Shown: positions 1 to 8,275, numbered from the stretch's first letter. The stretch: 39,948 nt of DNA from an uncultured Bacteroidales bacterium (GCA_902761475.1 CACWKM010000001.1:1-39948), one strand, 5' to 3'. The notes: generated by a model from the letters alone, not told the origin. Made by a program: numbers and translations.

Positions 1-196
1 TGAAATTTGTAACGTGACATGGTATGTTGGTTTTCAATGAATTTCCTACTGCAAATTACCCATTGCGCACGAGAGAACGTGGTGGACCATGGTAGAGTGG
101 ACGGTATATGCCCCGTTTTTGAGGGGATTTCGACAAGATGATACTCGCAGCGTATACTCGGAAGTCCGGATATTCACCGTCACGGGGCTGTTCCGC

Positions 197-228
197 TTTG
201 CTCTTTCGCGGGATTGTCCTTATCTTTA
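197..228 (+). promoter_or_regulatory. Bacteroidetes sigma-A-type promoter (-33 TTTG / -7 TATCTTTA)
   Basis: TTTG at 197-200, 20-bp spacer, TATCTTTA at 221-228 (one mismatch to TAnnTTTG), 18 bp upstream of ATG 247. Confidence 0.55.
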
Positions 229-246
229 CATCGATAAAACGGGTTT

Positions 247-720
247 ATGGACATCATCATCTACGGCAGCCAGCACGGGTCTGCGAAACGATATGCCGAG
301 GGACTTGCTGAAAGGACAGGCCTCAAGGCCGTTGACTACAAAGAGGCCGATAGCCTAGGGCTGTATAATCGTATGGCCAAGTTGACCCATGGCCAGGAAC
401 TCTATGTCATCACCGTGGGTATGGTCGATCCGGAGGACCAAGCCTTCATCGGCCCGCTGCGGGAGGCTTTGAAAAAGCAGATTCCGCCGCAGATGTATGA
501 CGAGAACAGAATCTTCCACCTGCGTGGCGCCATTGACTACAGCCAGTTGGAACTGAAATACCGCATCTTGATGAAGATGATGTATTCGCAGGCTGCCAAG
601 CTGCCGGAGGAGAAACTGACCTCCGAATTCAAGGCCGTCCTGGCCACGTATGGCAAGAAGGTGGATTATGTGGATCTGGAGATGCTTCGACCGCTGACTG
701 CCGCTCTCAAACAAAGTTGA
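247..720 (+). CDS. Flavodoxin-domain protein (Flavodoxin_5/HemG-like), possibly internally deleted
   Basis: N-terminal IIIYGSQHGSAKRYAE FMN-phosphate loop, TVGMVDP and IFHLRGAIDYSQL motifs typical of this family. Confidence 0.75.
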   Translation: MDIIIYGSQHGSAKRYAEGLAERTGLKAVDYKEADSLGLYNRMAKLTHGQELYVITVGMVDPEDQAFIGPLREALKKQIPPQMYDENRIFHLRGAIDYSQLELKYRILMKMMYSQAAKLPEEKLTSEFKAVLATYGKKVDYVDLEMLRPLTAALKQS

Positions 721-740
721 AAGCCGATTCAGACAACAGT

Positions 741-986
741 ATGAACATCGATACATCGAATATGTGTTCGCATCTTCAGAAGAAACTCTTCGAAGATGAC
801 GGAGTCTATCATGGTCTTTGGACTTCCATGCAGGAGGACCCGGAACTGACTGCTGTCGTCCGTTCACGGCAACTTCACATCTACCGGAATGGAAAGAAGG
901 TGCTGGTACTGGCGGGGAAGGCCGCTCCCAAGGTCATCAGAGAAGATGCGCTGTGCGGGATGCTGCCAAAGGAAATCATGGGATAA
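741..986 (+). CDS. Small hypothetical protein
   Basis: Compact ORF (MNIDTSNMCSHLQKKLF...VVRSRQLHIYRNGKK). ATG 741 preferred over TTG 717, which overlaps the upstream stop. Confidence 0.65.
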   Translation: MNIDTSNMCSHLQKKLFEDDGVYHGLWTSMQEDPELTAVVRSRQLHIYRNGKKVLVLAGKAAPKVIREDALCGMLPKEIMG

Positions 987-1001
987 AGCCTATCTGACTA
1001 G

Positions 1002-1202
1002 ATGAAACTGAAGAAAAGAAAGTTCAAGTTCGCAGCGATATTTGGAATATGCTGGTTTGCCCTCCTGGTACTACTGGTTGACGGGATCCTGAAATTCCAG
1101 ACATTGGTCGACTATTTCGGCTCGTATGCCTTGGTGGAGATCACACTGCTGCTATTAGTCATTCTACCAACAGTGGCAGTATACATCTTCACGAAAGAAT
1201 AA
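1002..1202 (+). CDS. Small two-TM membrane protein
   Basis: Basic N-terminus followed by two hydrophobic stretches; fills the gap between neighbouring genes. Confidence 0.55.
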   Translation: MKLKKRKFKFAAIFGICWFALLVLLVDGILKFQTLVDYFGSYALVEITLLLLVILPTVAVYIFTKE

Positions 1203-1208
1203 CAAACA

Positions 1209-1226
1209 GATTAATCGGAATTTATC
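1209..1226 (+). repeat. Palindromic gene-boundary site GATTAA-TCGGAA-TTTATC
   Basis: Imperfect inverted repeat (extends to acagat...atctgt, 1206-1229) 6 bp after the stop at 1202; related to sites at 2073 and 2391. Confidence 0.65.
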
Positions 1227-1275
1227 TGTATCGCCAGCTCGTTTTGATAGAAATTAAATCCGCAGAGAACTCAGT

Positions 1276-2046
1276 ATGAGACATTTTATTATTTCAATCC
1301 TTCTCGTTTTGAATTCATGTCTGCTGTTCGCTCAAACAGTAGATGTTTGTGGTGTTGTTTATGATAAAGAAAACCTCTCGCCAATAAAGTATTGTTGGGT
1401 ATGTTCCTCTCAACAGAAGATTGTTTTTACCGATTCAGTAGGGCGATATACTGTTCCTGTTCCGATAAAAGGAAAGACCGAATTGGTATTTAAGTTAATT
1501 GGATATTATGATTCTGTTACTGAAATACTTCCCGGGGCAAAGGATGGTGACAATTACGATGTATGGATGGAACGAGATTCATTAGTGTTTGGACAGGAAT
1601 CCCAAAATGATAAGGTTGTGGCCGCGGCAATCGACGCAACCCCTCTATTGACTCCTTATGACGATAATCACTATTATTTCTTGCACAGTGCCGCCATCCC
1701 GGATGAATGCATAGAAATTATTATATATACACAGCCTCGGACTGCAAGGACTAAAAAGGAGCGAATGATATTCGGAGAGGAACCGTATTATTGTTCGTAT
1801 GTCGTTAGATTTCAAGATTCGAGCAGTGTAATAACCAATAAGTTATTCAAAGGAAGATTCTTAAGACACTTCAAGAAGATACCGGTAGAACAGTTGTCTA
1901 TCGAAGGCTTTCACCTTTTATATACCGATGTCGAGAAGAATGACCCTGTAGCACAGCGGGCGCTGCGCACGGTAAATGAGTATGGTCTGCGTTTCTACGG
2001 AAAACAAGAGACACCGGTGTTCTATTTCGTGAGAGAGGGGAAGTGA
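1276..2046 (+). CDS. Secreted protein with carboxypeptidase-regulatory-like (CarbopepD_reg_2) N-terminal domain
   Basis: Signal peptide, then VCGVVYDKENLSPI...TDSVGRY...LVFKLIGY pattern; visibly AT-rich. Confidence 0.7.
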   Translation: MRHFIISILLVLNSCLLFAQTVDVCGVVYDKENLSPIKYCWVCSSQQKIVFTDSVGRYTVPVPIKGKTELVFKLIGYYDSVTEILPGAKDGDNYDVWMERDSLVFGQESQNDKVVAAAIDATPLLTPYDDNHYYFLHSAAIPDECIEIIIYTQPRTARTKKERMIFGEEPYYCSYVVRFQDSSSVITNKLFKGRFLRHFKKIPVEQLSIEGFHLLYTDVEKNDPVAQRALRTVNEYGLRFYGKQETPVFYFVREGK

Positions 2047-2057
2047 CCAAAAATCAT

Positions 2058-2065
2058 TATCTTTG
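2058..2065 (+). promoter_or_regulatory. -7 promoter element TATCTTTG
   Basis: Exact TAnnTTTG match 24 bp upstream of ATG 2090. Confidence 0.55.
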
Positions 2066-2072
2066 AGAGTTA

Positions 2073-2090
2073 GATAAATCGTAATTTGTA
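2073..2090 (+). repeat. Palindromic gene-boundary site GATAAA-TCGTAA-TTTGTA
   Basis: Same motif and orientation as 1209-1226; its last base is the A of the ATG at 2090. Confidence 0.65.
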
Positions 2091-2395
2091 TGATTTGGTG
2101 GTTCATCTTTCTCGCAGTAATCCTGATTCTCATTGGGATAGCCTATCTCCGAGGCAAATGTGACGGGTTTATTGCCGGCTACAACACTTCTTCCCCCGAA
2201 AAGCAGAAGAAGTATGATATCAAACGCCTGCGGCTCATCGTAGCCTGTTTTCATTTTGCTCTGGCCGCCCTATTCTTCCTCTACCTGATGAAGAACGCTG
2301 ATTTAGCGGCAACAATCCATCTTTCCTGCGTGGCCATTCTGGCGGTCGCTGCCGTAGTTCTCGCCAATACCTGGGCGAAGAAAAGAGACAAGTAA
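2090..2395 (+). CDS. DUF3784-family small membrane protein
   Basis: TM helix, then GKCDGFIAGYNT...KKYD motif and two more TM helices, characteristic of DUF3784. Confidence 0.8.
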   Translation: MIWWFIFLAVILILIGIAYLRGKCDGFIAGYNTSSPEKQKKYDIKRLRLIVACFHFALAALFFLYLMKNADLAATIHLSCVAILAVAAVVLANTWAKKRDK

Positions 2396-2408
2396 ATTCT
2401 TATTTATC
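2391..2408 (-). repeat. Palindromic gene-boundary site, reverse orientation (rc GATAAA-TAAGAA-TTTACT)
   Basis: + strand AGTAAA-TTCTTA-TTTATC contains the DUF3784 stop (TAA 2393-2395) and ends 3 bp before ATG 2412. Confidence 0.6.
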
Positions 2409-2411
2409 GGC

Positions 2412-3107
2412 ATGGACATAAAGCATCATTTCATAGAGAAAGGCCAGGGAGATCCGCTTATACTGCTGCATGGAAACGGAGAGAACTGTGATTATTTCGC
2501 TGGGCAGATTGATGCGTTTGCCCAGTACTATCATGTCTATGCCCTGGACACACGTGGACACGGAAAAACACCGCGGGGCGACGCTCCGTTCACGATTCGG
2601 CAGTTCGCCGATGACCTTCTTGGCTTTATGGATGCAAATGAATTCGAGAAGGCGCATATCCTGGGTTTCTCGGACGGAGGGAACATTGCTATGGTCTTCG
2701 CGATGATGTACCGGGAGCGCGTGAGCCGGCTCATCCTGAACGGAGCCAACCTGGATGCAAAAGGTATCAAAAGCTACATACAGTGTCCCATTGAGATTGG
2801 CTATTGGTTTTCCAAACTGTTCGCAAACAAGAGCGCGGAAGCAAAACTGCATGCAGAGATGCTGGGACTGATGGTGAATGATCCGAATGTGAAGCCGGAG
2901 GAACTGTCAAGAATCCAGGCTAAAACGCTGGTCATTGCCGGAACCAAGGACATGGTTAAGGAAGAACATACACGACTGATTGCCAGCCATATCCCGGATG
3001 CTCAACTGGTCATTCTAGAAGGAAATCACTTCGTTGCCAGCAAATATCCGGATGCGTTCAACCGTGTAGTATTGGCTTTTTTGCGCGAAGAAGCAAAGGA
3101 GATATAA
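2412..3107 (+). CDS. Alpha/beta fold hydrolase
   Basis: LLHGNG oxyanion motif, DTRGHG, nucleophile elbow GFSDGG, GTKD acid, GNH histidine. Confidence 0.9.
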   Translation: MDIKHHFIEKGQGDPLILLHGNGENCDYFAGQIDAFAQYYHVYALDTRGHGKTPRGDAPFTIRQFADDLLGFMDANEFEKAHILGFSDGGNIAMVFAMMYRERVSRLILNGANLDAKGIKSYIQCPIEIGYWFSKLFANKSAEAKLHAEMLGLMVNDPNVKPEELSRIQAKTLVIAGTKDMVKEEHTRLIASHIPDAQLVILEGNHFVASKYPDAFNRVVLAFLREEAKEI

Positions 3108-3166
3108 TAACGCCGCTTATTTCCCCAAGGTCCGTAAGGGTGAATGAAAACATACAGCCAAATCCT

Positions 3167-4177
3167 CTATTTCTCGGATGTGGCAAGAACAGCTTTTACC
3201 GAATCCTTATACTTACGGGATACTGGGATCTCCTGGTTCCCGACGGAGACGACATCGGATGCCGTCAAGGCGGCATCAGCGATATTGACCAGGAATGACC
3301 GATGGACACGAAGGAAACCGGGGCCCAACGATTCTTCCCAAAGGCTGATGCCGGTCCTGTTGCGGTATTGCTGCCCATCACGCGTATATATCCAGACCTC
3401 GGAGTCTCGGGATTCAATGTAGAGGATATCCTCTTTTTTCAGAGTGATTTTCTTGTAGCCGGAGTTGAAAGTGACAGGACGTTCGGACGGATACTTGTTG
3501 TCAAGCCACTTCAAAAGCAGGAAATGCCCGTATGCGAGCAGGGCGAGAATGCCTGCAACAAAGACAGGATTCCAAAGCATGGATGGCATATCCCACCTGG
3601 TGTCACTGGCCCGGTCGATGACAAAGGCAACAAGCAACTGCAGCAGGTAGTAGACCAGCACGACCGCCGTCCCCAAGCCCAAACTCAGCGCTGGCGACCG
3701 AAGGATGCCCGACGCCAGCGACGGCACCGCCAGCGACACGCCCACCATGAGGGCAAAGCCCTGCATCACACACGACAAACCAATGAGCGCCGTGAGAATC
3801 TTCGTCTCGTTCACCGTGTGGTCGTCGAACAGGTTCTCGCGACGACGCGTGGAAAACATGTTGCGCACAAAGTTCTCTAGATATTTGTAACCGGTGCGAT
3901 AACTCAGCACCACCGCCATGGCCACCAGCATCATGAGTCCCATCACGACGGGGCTGCGCAGCGGACTGGGCGGCACCGGTGTGGGCGCGGCACCGGCCGG
4001 CATCTCCATCACCGTCGCCTCCTCCCACTGGTCGCGCGAGGGCAACGGCGTGGTCACGCCATGTCCAAAATCGGTGACGTAGTGGGGTGAGATGATGAGT
4101 TGCGCACTATCGACAACGGCGGCATGGGCCGTATCGACAGCAGCAGGCGTGGAGGGTACTGGTGTGGTGGCGGGCAT
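3167..4177 (-). CDS. Chimeric ORF: N-terminal DUF4271-like membrane protein fused in frame to TM + LytTR DNA-binding domain
   Basis: N-half has RRRENLFDDHTVNET and TM helices (DUF4271-like). C-terminus has ILYIES...FLRVHRSFLVN...IPVSRKYK (LytTR). Codon style changes near 3630. Confidence 0.65.
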   Translation of the reverse strand: MPATTPVPSTPAAVDTAHAAVVDSAQLIISPHYVTDFGHGVTTPLPSRDQWEEATVMEMPAGAAPTPVPPSPLRSPVVMGLMMLVAMAVVLSYRTGYKYLENFVRNMFSTRRRENLFDDHTVNETKILTALIGLSCVMQGFALMVGVSLAVPSLASGILRSPALSLGLGTAVVLVYYLLQLLVAFVIDRASDTRWDMPSMLWNPVFVAGILALLAYGHFLLLKWLDNKYPSERPVTFNSGYKKITLKKEDILYIESRDSEVWIYTRDGQQYRNRTGISLWEESLGPGFLRVHRSFLVNIADAALTASDVVSVGNQEIPVSRKYKDSVKAVLATSEK

Positions 4178-4191
4178 GGACTAACGGACGA

Positions 4192-4737
4192 TTAGAGACT
4201 ACGTTCTACCATATCGAGGGCCTCGCGCGGCGAGGACGCCATTTGCCACAACTCCTGGATGTGCGACTTGCGCATGAAGCCTTCCTCGGCACAATGCGAG
4301 AACATGGCAAGAAGATGGTCGAAGAATCCCGCCGTGTTCAACAGCACGATGGGTTTGCGGTCGATGCCCAACTGTCGCCATGTGATGGCCTCAAGGAGTT
4401 CCTCGAGTGTTCCCACACCGCCAGGCAGGGCAATCACGGCCTGCGACTGCTCGGCCATGAGCGACTTGCGCTGGTGCATGTCGGCCGTGATGAGCACATC
4501 TTCAAGGCGGTCGTAGCACCACCCGTTGTCGACCATAAACTTGGGAATAATGCCCTGCACGCGACCTCCGGCATCGAGCGCGCCGTCGGTCACGGCGCCC
4601 ATGACTCCCGTGGCGCCGCCACCGTTGATGCACTGGTGACCACGCTCGGCCATGAGACGACCCAGTTCGCGGGCGTCGTCCACATATTTTTTATCTATCG
4701 CGGCGCTCGACGCGCCATAGACTAATATCGTTGCCAA
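4192..4737 (-). CDS. LOG family protein (TIGR00730, nucleotide monophosphate nucleosidase-like)
   Basis: GGGATGVMGA, MHQRK and ALPGGVGTLEE (PGGxGTxxE) motifs; TTG start. Confidence 0.9.
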   Translation of the reverse strand: MATILVYGASSAAIDKKYVDDARELGRLMAERGHQCINGGGATGVMGAVTDGALDAGGRVQGIIPKFMVDNGWCYDRLEDVLITADMHQRKSLMAEQSQAVIALPGGVGTLEELLEAITWRQLGIDRKPIVLLNTAGFFDHLLAMFSHCAEEGFMRKSHIQELWQMASSPREALDMVERSL

Positions 4738-4774
4738 TTTGCTAAATGATGTGATAAAAGGGGGATGAATGTCG

Positions 4775-5647
4775 TCATTTCTTTTCGTCGGGGAACTTGT
4801 CGGGATAGGTGAGCGGCTCCCGGGGTCGTCGCATGGCGCGCACGGCGAGCCACAATCCCATGACGATGAAGGGGATGCTCAGCAACTGCCCCTGGTCGAT
4901 GCCCCATGTGCTGCGCATGGCAAGTTCCCACGGTTCCTGCACGTTTTTCACATATTCGATGAAGAAACGCGGCACGAAGATGCCCAGCATAAACACCCCG
5001 AAGATGAGTCCAGGCCGCTCCTGAAGGTTGTGGCGCCAATACATGACCATGCACACCACGCAAGTGACGAGGTAGCACAGTGCCTCATAAATCTGCGTGG
5101 GATGGCTGGGAGCCGAAAACACCGGGTCGGCGCCACGCATCCACTGGTTCACGTTGGTCACAAAGGCGAAGGCCCACGGCACGTCGGTGGCCGCGCCATA
5201 TATCTCGTGGTTCATCAGATTGCCCACCCTGATGAGCGCGGCGACAAGTCCCACGGGCACCACCACGCGGTCGAGTATCCACAGGTAACTGCGGTGCGAC
5301 ACATAGCGGCTGTAGAACCACAGCGCTATCATGATGGCGAGCACGCCGCCGTGACTGGCCAAGCCACCCTCCCATATCTTAGGAATCTCGGAAAGATGCT
5401 GCGAATAGTAGCCCCAGTCATAGAAGAACACGTGCCCCAGTCGCGCACCCACGATGGTGGCCACCACCACATAGATGAAGAGCGTGCCCACCCACTTCTC
5501 GGGGGCACCCTCGTGGCGAAACTCGCGCCACACCACCTCATAGCCGAAGAGAAACCCGATGGCAAACATCAGGCCATACCAGCGCACGGTGACAAAACTG
5601 TCGATGAGCACTGGGCTAGCCGTCCATGTGACAAAGTCAAGTATCAT
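4775..5647 (-). CDS. lgt: Prolipoprotein diacylglyceryl transferase
   Basis: VRWYGLMF, GARLGHV, IWEGGLASHGG, RVGNLMNHEIYG and HPTQIYEA motifs. Confidence 0.95.
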   Translation of the reverse strand: MILDFVTWTASPVLIDSFVTVRWYGLMFAIGFLFGYEVVWREFRHEGAPEKWVGTLFIYVVVATIVGARLGHVFFYDWGYYSQHLSEIPKIWEGGLASHGGVLAIMIALWFYSRYVSHRSYLWILDRVVVPVGLVAALIRVGNLMNHEIYGAATDVPWAFAFVTNVNQWMRGADPVFSAPSHPTQIYEALCYLVTCVVCMVMYWRHNLQERPGLIFGVFMLGIFVPRFFIEYVKNVQEPWELAMRSTWGIDQGQLLSIPFIVMGLWLAVRAMRRPREPLTYPDKFPDEKK

Positions 5648-5677
5648 TTTCTCGAGTCGTTACCTTAAAAATCGCTG

Positions 5678-5685
5678 CAAAGTTA
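5678..5685 (-). promoter_or_regulatory. -7 promoter element TAACTTTG for lgt operon
   Basis: CAAAGTTA on + strand, 30 bp upstream of the lgt start. Confidence 0.65.
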
Positions 5686-5731
5686 GTGAGAAAAAAGGAA
5701 TTGACCACGAGAAAAGTGCAATTAAAGCCGT

Positions 5732-8104
5732 TTATTGCCCTGCGAGCATCGCCGCCACAGCGTCGGCTCGGACGTGGACGTCGGCCTGCGGGAACGGGAT
5801 TTCGATGCCTGCCTCGTTGAGCGCATTGTAGATTTCCTCCTTCACGCGAGCCTGGTCGAGCACGCTCGTGGCCACACGCACCCAAATCACCACCGTGAGG
5901 TCCACGCTGCTATCGCCAAAGTTGTCGAAGAGCACGTTGATGCCCTTCTTGCGGTCGTAGCAGTCGAGTTTGCTCAGCCGGTCAATGATGAGTTTGCGCA
6001 CCTGCTCCACATGCGAGCCATAGGCCACGCCCACCGACAAACGAGCCATCTCGTAGCCATGGTTGCGCGTCATGTTCTTAAAGTTCTTGGCAAACAACTG
6101 GCTGTTCAAGAAGGCAATCACCGAGCCATCGATGGTTTCCACCAGCGTGCTCTGGTAGTTGATGTTGGTCACACGACCACGCACGCCGTCGCACTCTATG
6201 ACGTCGCCTATCTTCACGCGGCCACTCATGAGCGAGAGGCCGTAGAACAGGTTCTCCAGCGTGTCCTTCATAGCAAAACCGATACCAGTTGACAAACCCG
6301 TGAGGATGAGGGTGATGCCGGCACGGTTCACATGGAGGGTGACCATGGCCACATACACGAAGAGGCCCCACCCCACATACTTGATGATGTTCATGCTCAA
6401 CGACACGGCACGGTTCTTGGAGCGCGTCTTCACCTCCTTCCACACCACGTAGGTATTCACCACCACATAGATGAGATAATTGAACATGAATCCCACGGCA
6501 AGCAGCCACAGCAGCCGGTCGAGCGACACCACAATCACATCGGGGATGTCGACGAACTTATAGGTGAGTATCGACGCCACCCACTCGGTGTTGTCGAACA
6601 CGCCCGCGGCCCAATAGATTGCGGCACCCACGCTCAACGTGGCGCCGATGGGAATCACCATCTTGTAGATGGCATCGTAGAACCAGGTGTGACGTATGTC
6701 GGCATCCTTGGCTATGTGATTCGCCTCGTAGCGGTGCAACAGGTCGTAGATGACGATGATGGTGACAAAGATGGTGAGTTGCATAATCCACCAGATGAGC
6801 ACCTGCACGCTAAACATCGTGCTCCCCATCCACGACATGACGGCACTCACCAGCATCACCACCAACGACATCCACAAGAAGAACTTGTCGCTGCGCGGCA
6901 TCTCCTCCATGTGGCGGCGCATCGCCACCCACTGCCACAGCGTGCACAGCAAGATGACGATGGGAAACGTGATGTTGACCAGCGTGTTGGGCATGAAGGT
7001 GATGCGATAGGCAAACACGATGAATCCCAGCACCATCATGGGGGTGTACAGGCGGATGCCGCGACCCACCTGGTCGCCATTGAGGTGCACGATGAGCGAA
7101 ATCATGAGCACCGCCACCAGCCAGGCATACTCGCTCACCAAGCGCGCGGCAAGGATGATAAAGTTGTGGTCGTGCAACGTGCACGAGATGACCATGGTGA
7201 TGATGGCAAACAAGGTGGCGCTCGCCGCAGCGATGATGCTGCCGCGCTTCTTCTTAAACTCCTCAGTGACAAAGCGGCGCGGAATGAGCCAGCGAATGAC
7301 CACCGTGCTCAGCACAGCACTGATGACCACATAGGACAAGATGAAAAAGAACAAGAACACGATGAGGTTGCCTCGCCACTGGCTGTGCGTGTCGTCGGCA
7401 GGGCGATACTTGTCGTGGAACTCACTCATGCCCTGCTTCCAGTAGCGCGAGTACATGGGCACCTGCGAGAAGAATGACTGTCCGCTCGACGAGAACACGC
7501 TGTGGCGCACCTCCTCGATGGTGGCCATGGCCTGGTCGTTGAGTTGTCGCGCCTTTTGCGAGATGAGGGCAGTGCGTTTCTGCGCATTCTCGATGTGCAC
7601 GCGCTGCACGGCCATGTCCAGGGCAATGGCATTGGCCAGGCTCACGCAACTGTCGCGGTCGGCGCGCATCTGATCGGTGGTGAGCAAATAGTCGGGAATC
7701 TCTTCCAGCGACTTCACCAAGCGCACATACTGATGCACCTGGTCGAGATACTGCTGCGCGAAGACTTCAAAAGGCATCATGCGGCCATTCACCTCGTCGT
7801 TGAGTTTCGTAGCCTCGCTACACGCATAGGTGAGGTCGAACACATAGTTGGACTTCTGCGAATTGAGCATGAGTTCCACCTGCTGGCAGCGCGCCATGGT
7901 CTGCGCTATCATCTTGGCATAGCCGTTGTTCATCGACTCAAAACGCGCCACACGCTGCAACTGCTCGTGATGCGTAGCGTTGAGTTCGCTGCGCAACACG
8001 CTCAAGGTCTGCGCCAAATCGCCCTCCTTGAGCACCGCCTGAGCGCTCACCACGGCCACCACCGCAAGCAGCAGTGCCGTGAACATTCGTTTCATCGTTG
8101 TCAT
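5732..8104 (-). CDS. Large MscS-family mechanosensitive channel with periplasmic helical N-domain
   Basis: C-terminal GIGFAMKDTLENLFYGL, GDVIECDG, VGVAYGS, FDNFGDSS and IEIPFPQ motifs. Start moved to ATG 8104 (MTTMKRMF, signal peptide), supported by a promoter at 8128-8135. Confidence 0.9.
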   Translation of the reverse strand: MTTMKRMFTALLLAVVAVVSAQAVLKEGDLAQTLSVLRSELNATHHEQLQRVARFESMNNGYAKMIAQTMARCQQVELMLNSQKSNYVFDLTYACSEATKLNDEVNGRMMPFEVFAQQYLDQVHQYVRLVKSLEEIPDYLLTTDQMRADRDSCVSLANAIALDMAVQRVHIENAQKRTALISQKARQLNDQAMATIEEVRHSVFSSSGQSFFSQVPMYSRYWKQGMSEFHDKYRPADDTHSQWRGNLIVFLFFFILSYVVISAVLSTVVIRWLIPRRFVTEEFKKKRGSIIAAASATLFAIITMVISCTLHDHNFIILAARLVSEYAWLVAVLMISLIVHLNGDQVGRGIRLYTPMMVLGFIVFAYRITFMPNTLVNITFPIVILLCTLWQWVAMRRHMEEMPRSDKFFLWMSLVVMLVSAVMSWMGSTMFSVQVLIWWIMQLTIFVTIIVIYDLLHRYEANHIAKDADIRHTWFYDAIYKMVIPIGATLSVGAAIYWAAGVFDNTEWVASILTYKFVDIPDVIVVSLDRLLWLLAVGFMFNYLIYVVVNTYVVWKEVKTRSKNRAVSLSMNIIKYVGWGLFVYVAMVTLHVNRAGITLILTGLSTGIGFAMKDTLENLFYGLSLMSGRVKIGDVIECDGVRGRVTNINYQSTLVETIDGSVIAFLNSQLFAKNFKNMTRNHGYEMARLSVGVAYGSHVEQVRKLIIDRLSKLDCYDRKKGINVLFDNFGDSSVDLTVVIWVRVATSVLDQARVKEEIYNALNEAGIEIPFPQADVHVRADAVAAMLAGQ

Positions 8105-8127
8105 GTTTTCCTTGTAATTATTTGGCG

Positions 8128-8135
8128 CAAAATTA
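8128..8135 (-). promoter_or_regulatory. -7 promoter element TAATTTTG for mscS-family gene
   Basis: CAAAATTA on + strand, 23 bp upstream of ATG 8104. Confidence 0.65.
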
Positions 8136-8181
8136 CACTCTTTCGGCCAATCACACAAGAGATTGAACCACTTTGCGGCGC

Positions 8182-8217
8182 AAAAAAGCGGTCGCCCCGC
8201 GTGTGAGGGACGACCGC
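8182..8217 (-). terminator. Intrinsic terminator of the minus-strand susC/susD operon
   Basis: GCGGTCG-CCC...GGG-A-CGACCGC stem (8188-8217) preceded on + by A6 (U-tract on minus strand). Confidence 0.75.
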
Positions 8218-8275
8218 CATGATGTTGAGATGTGCCGCAGCGGCGCAATGGCCGCCACACGGCTACAATGCCATG

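Noticed and set aside
247-3107. Classical integron with attC sites
   Set aside because: Spacers are too short for attC hairpins, no RYYYAAC...GTTRRRY boxes were seen, and there is no intI in the window.
3106-3121. AATAA-CGCCGC-TTATT palindrome after the hydrolase stop as another boundary site
   Set aside because: Arms and spacer match the consensus poorly; it could be chance and is not counted as a site.
8105-8260. N-terminal extensions given by the ORF track (mscS; also tolC, ABC ATPase, TonB receptor, DUF5689, ddl, ribF)
   Set aside because: The extensions run through promoters, terminators or upstream genes; downstream ATGs give proper signal peptides or family N-termini.
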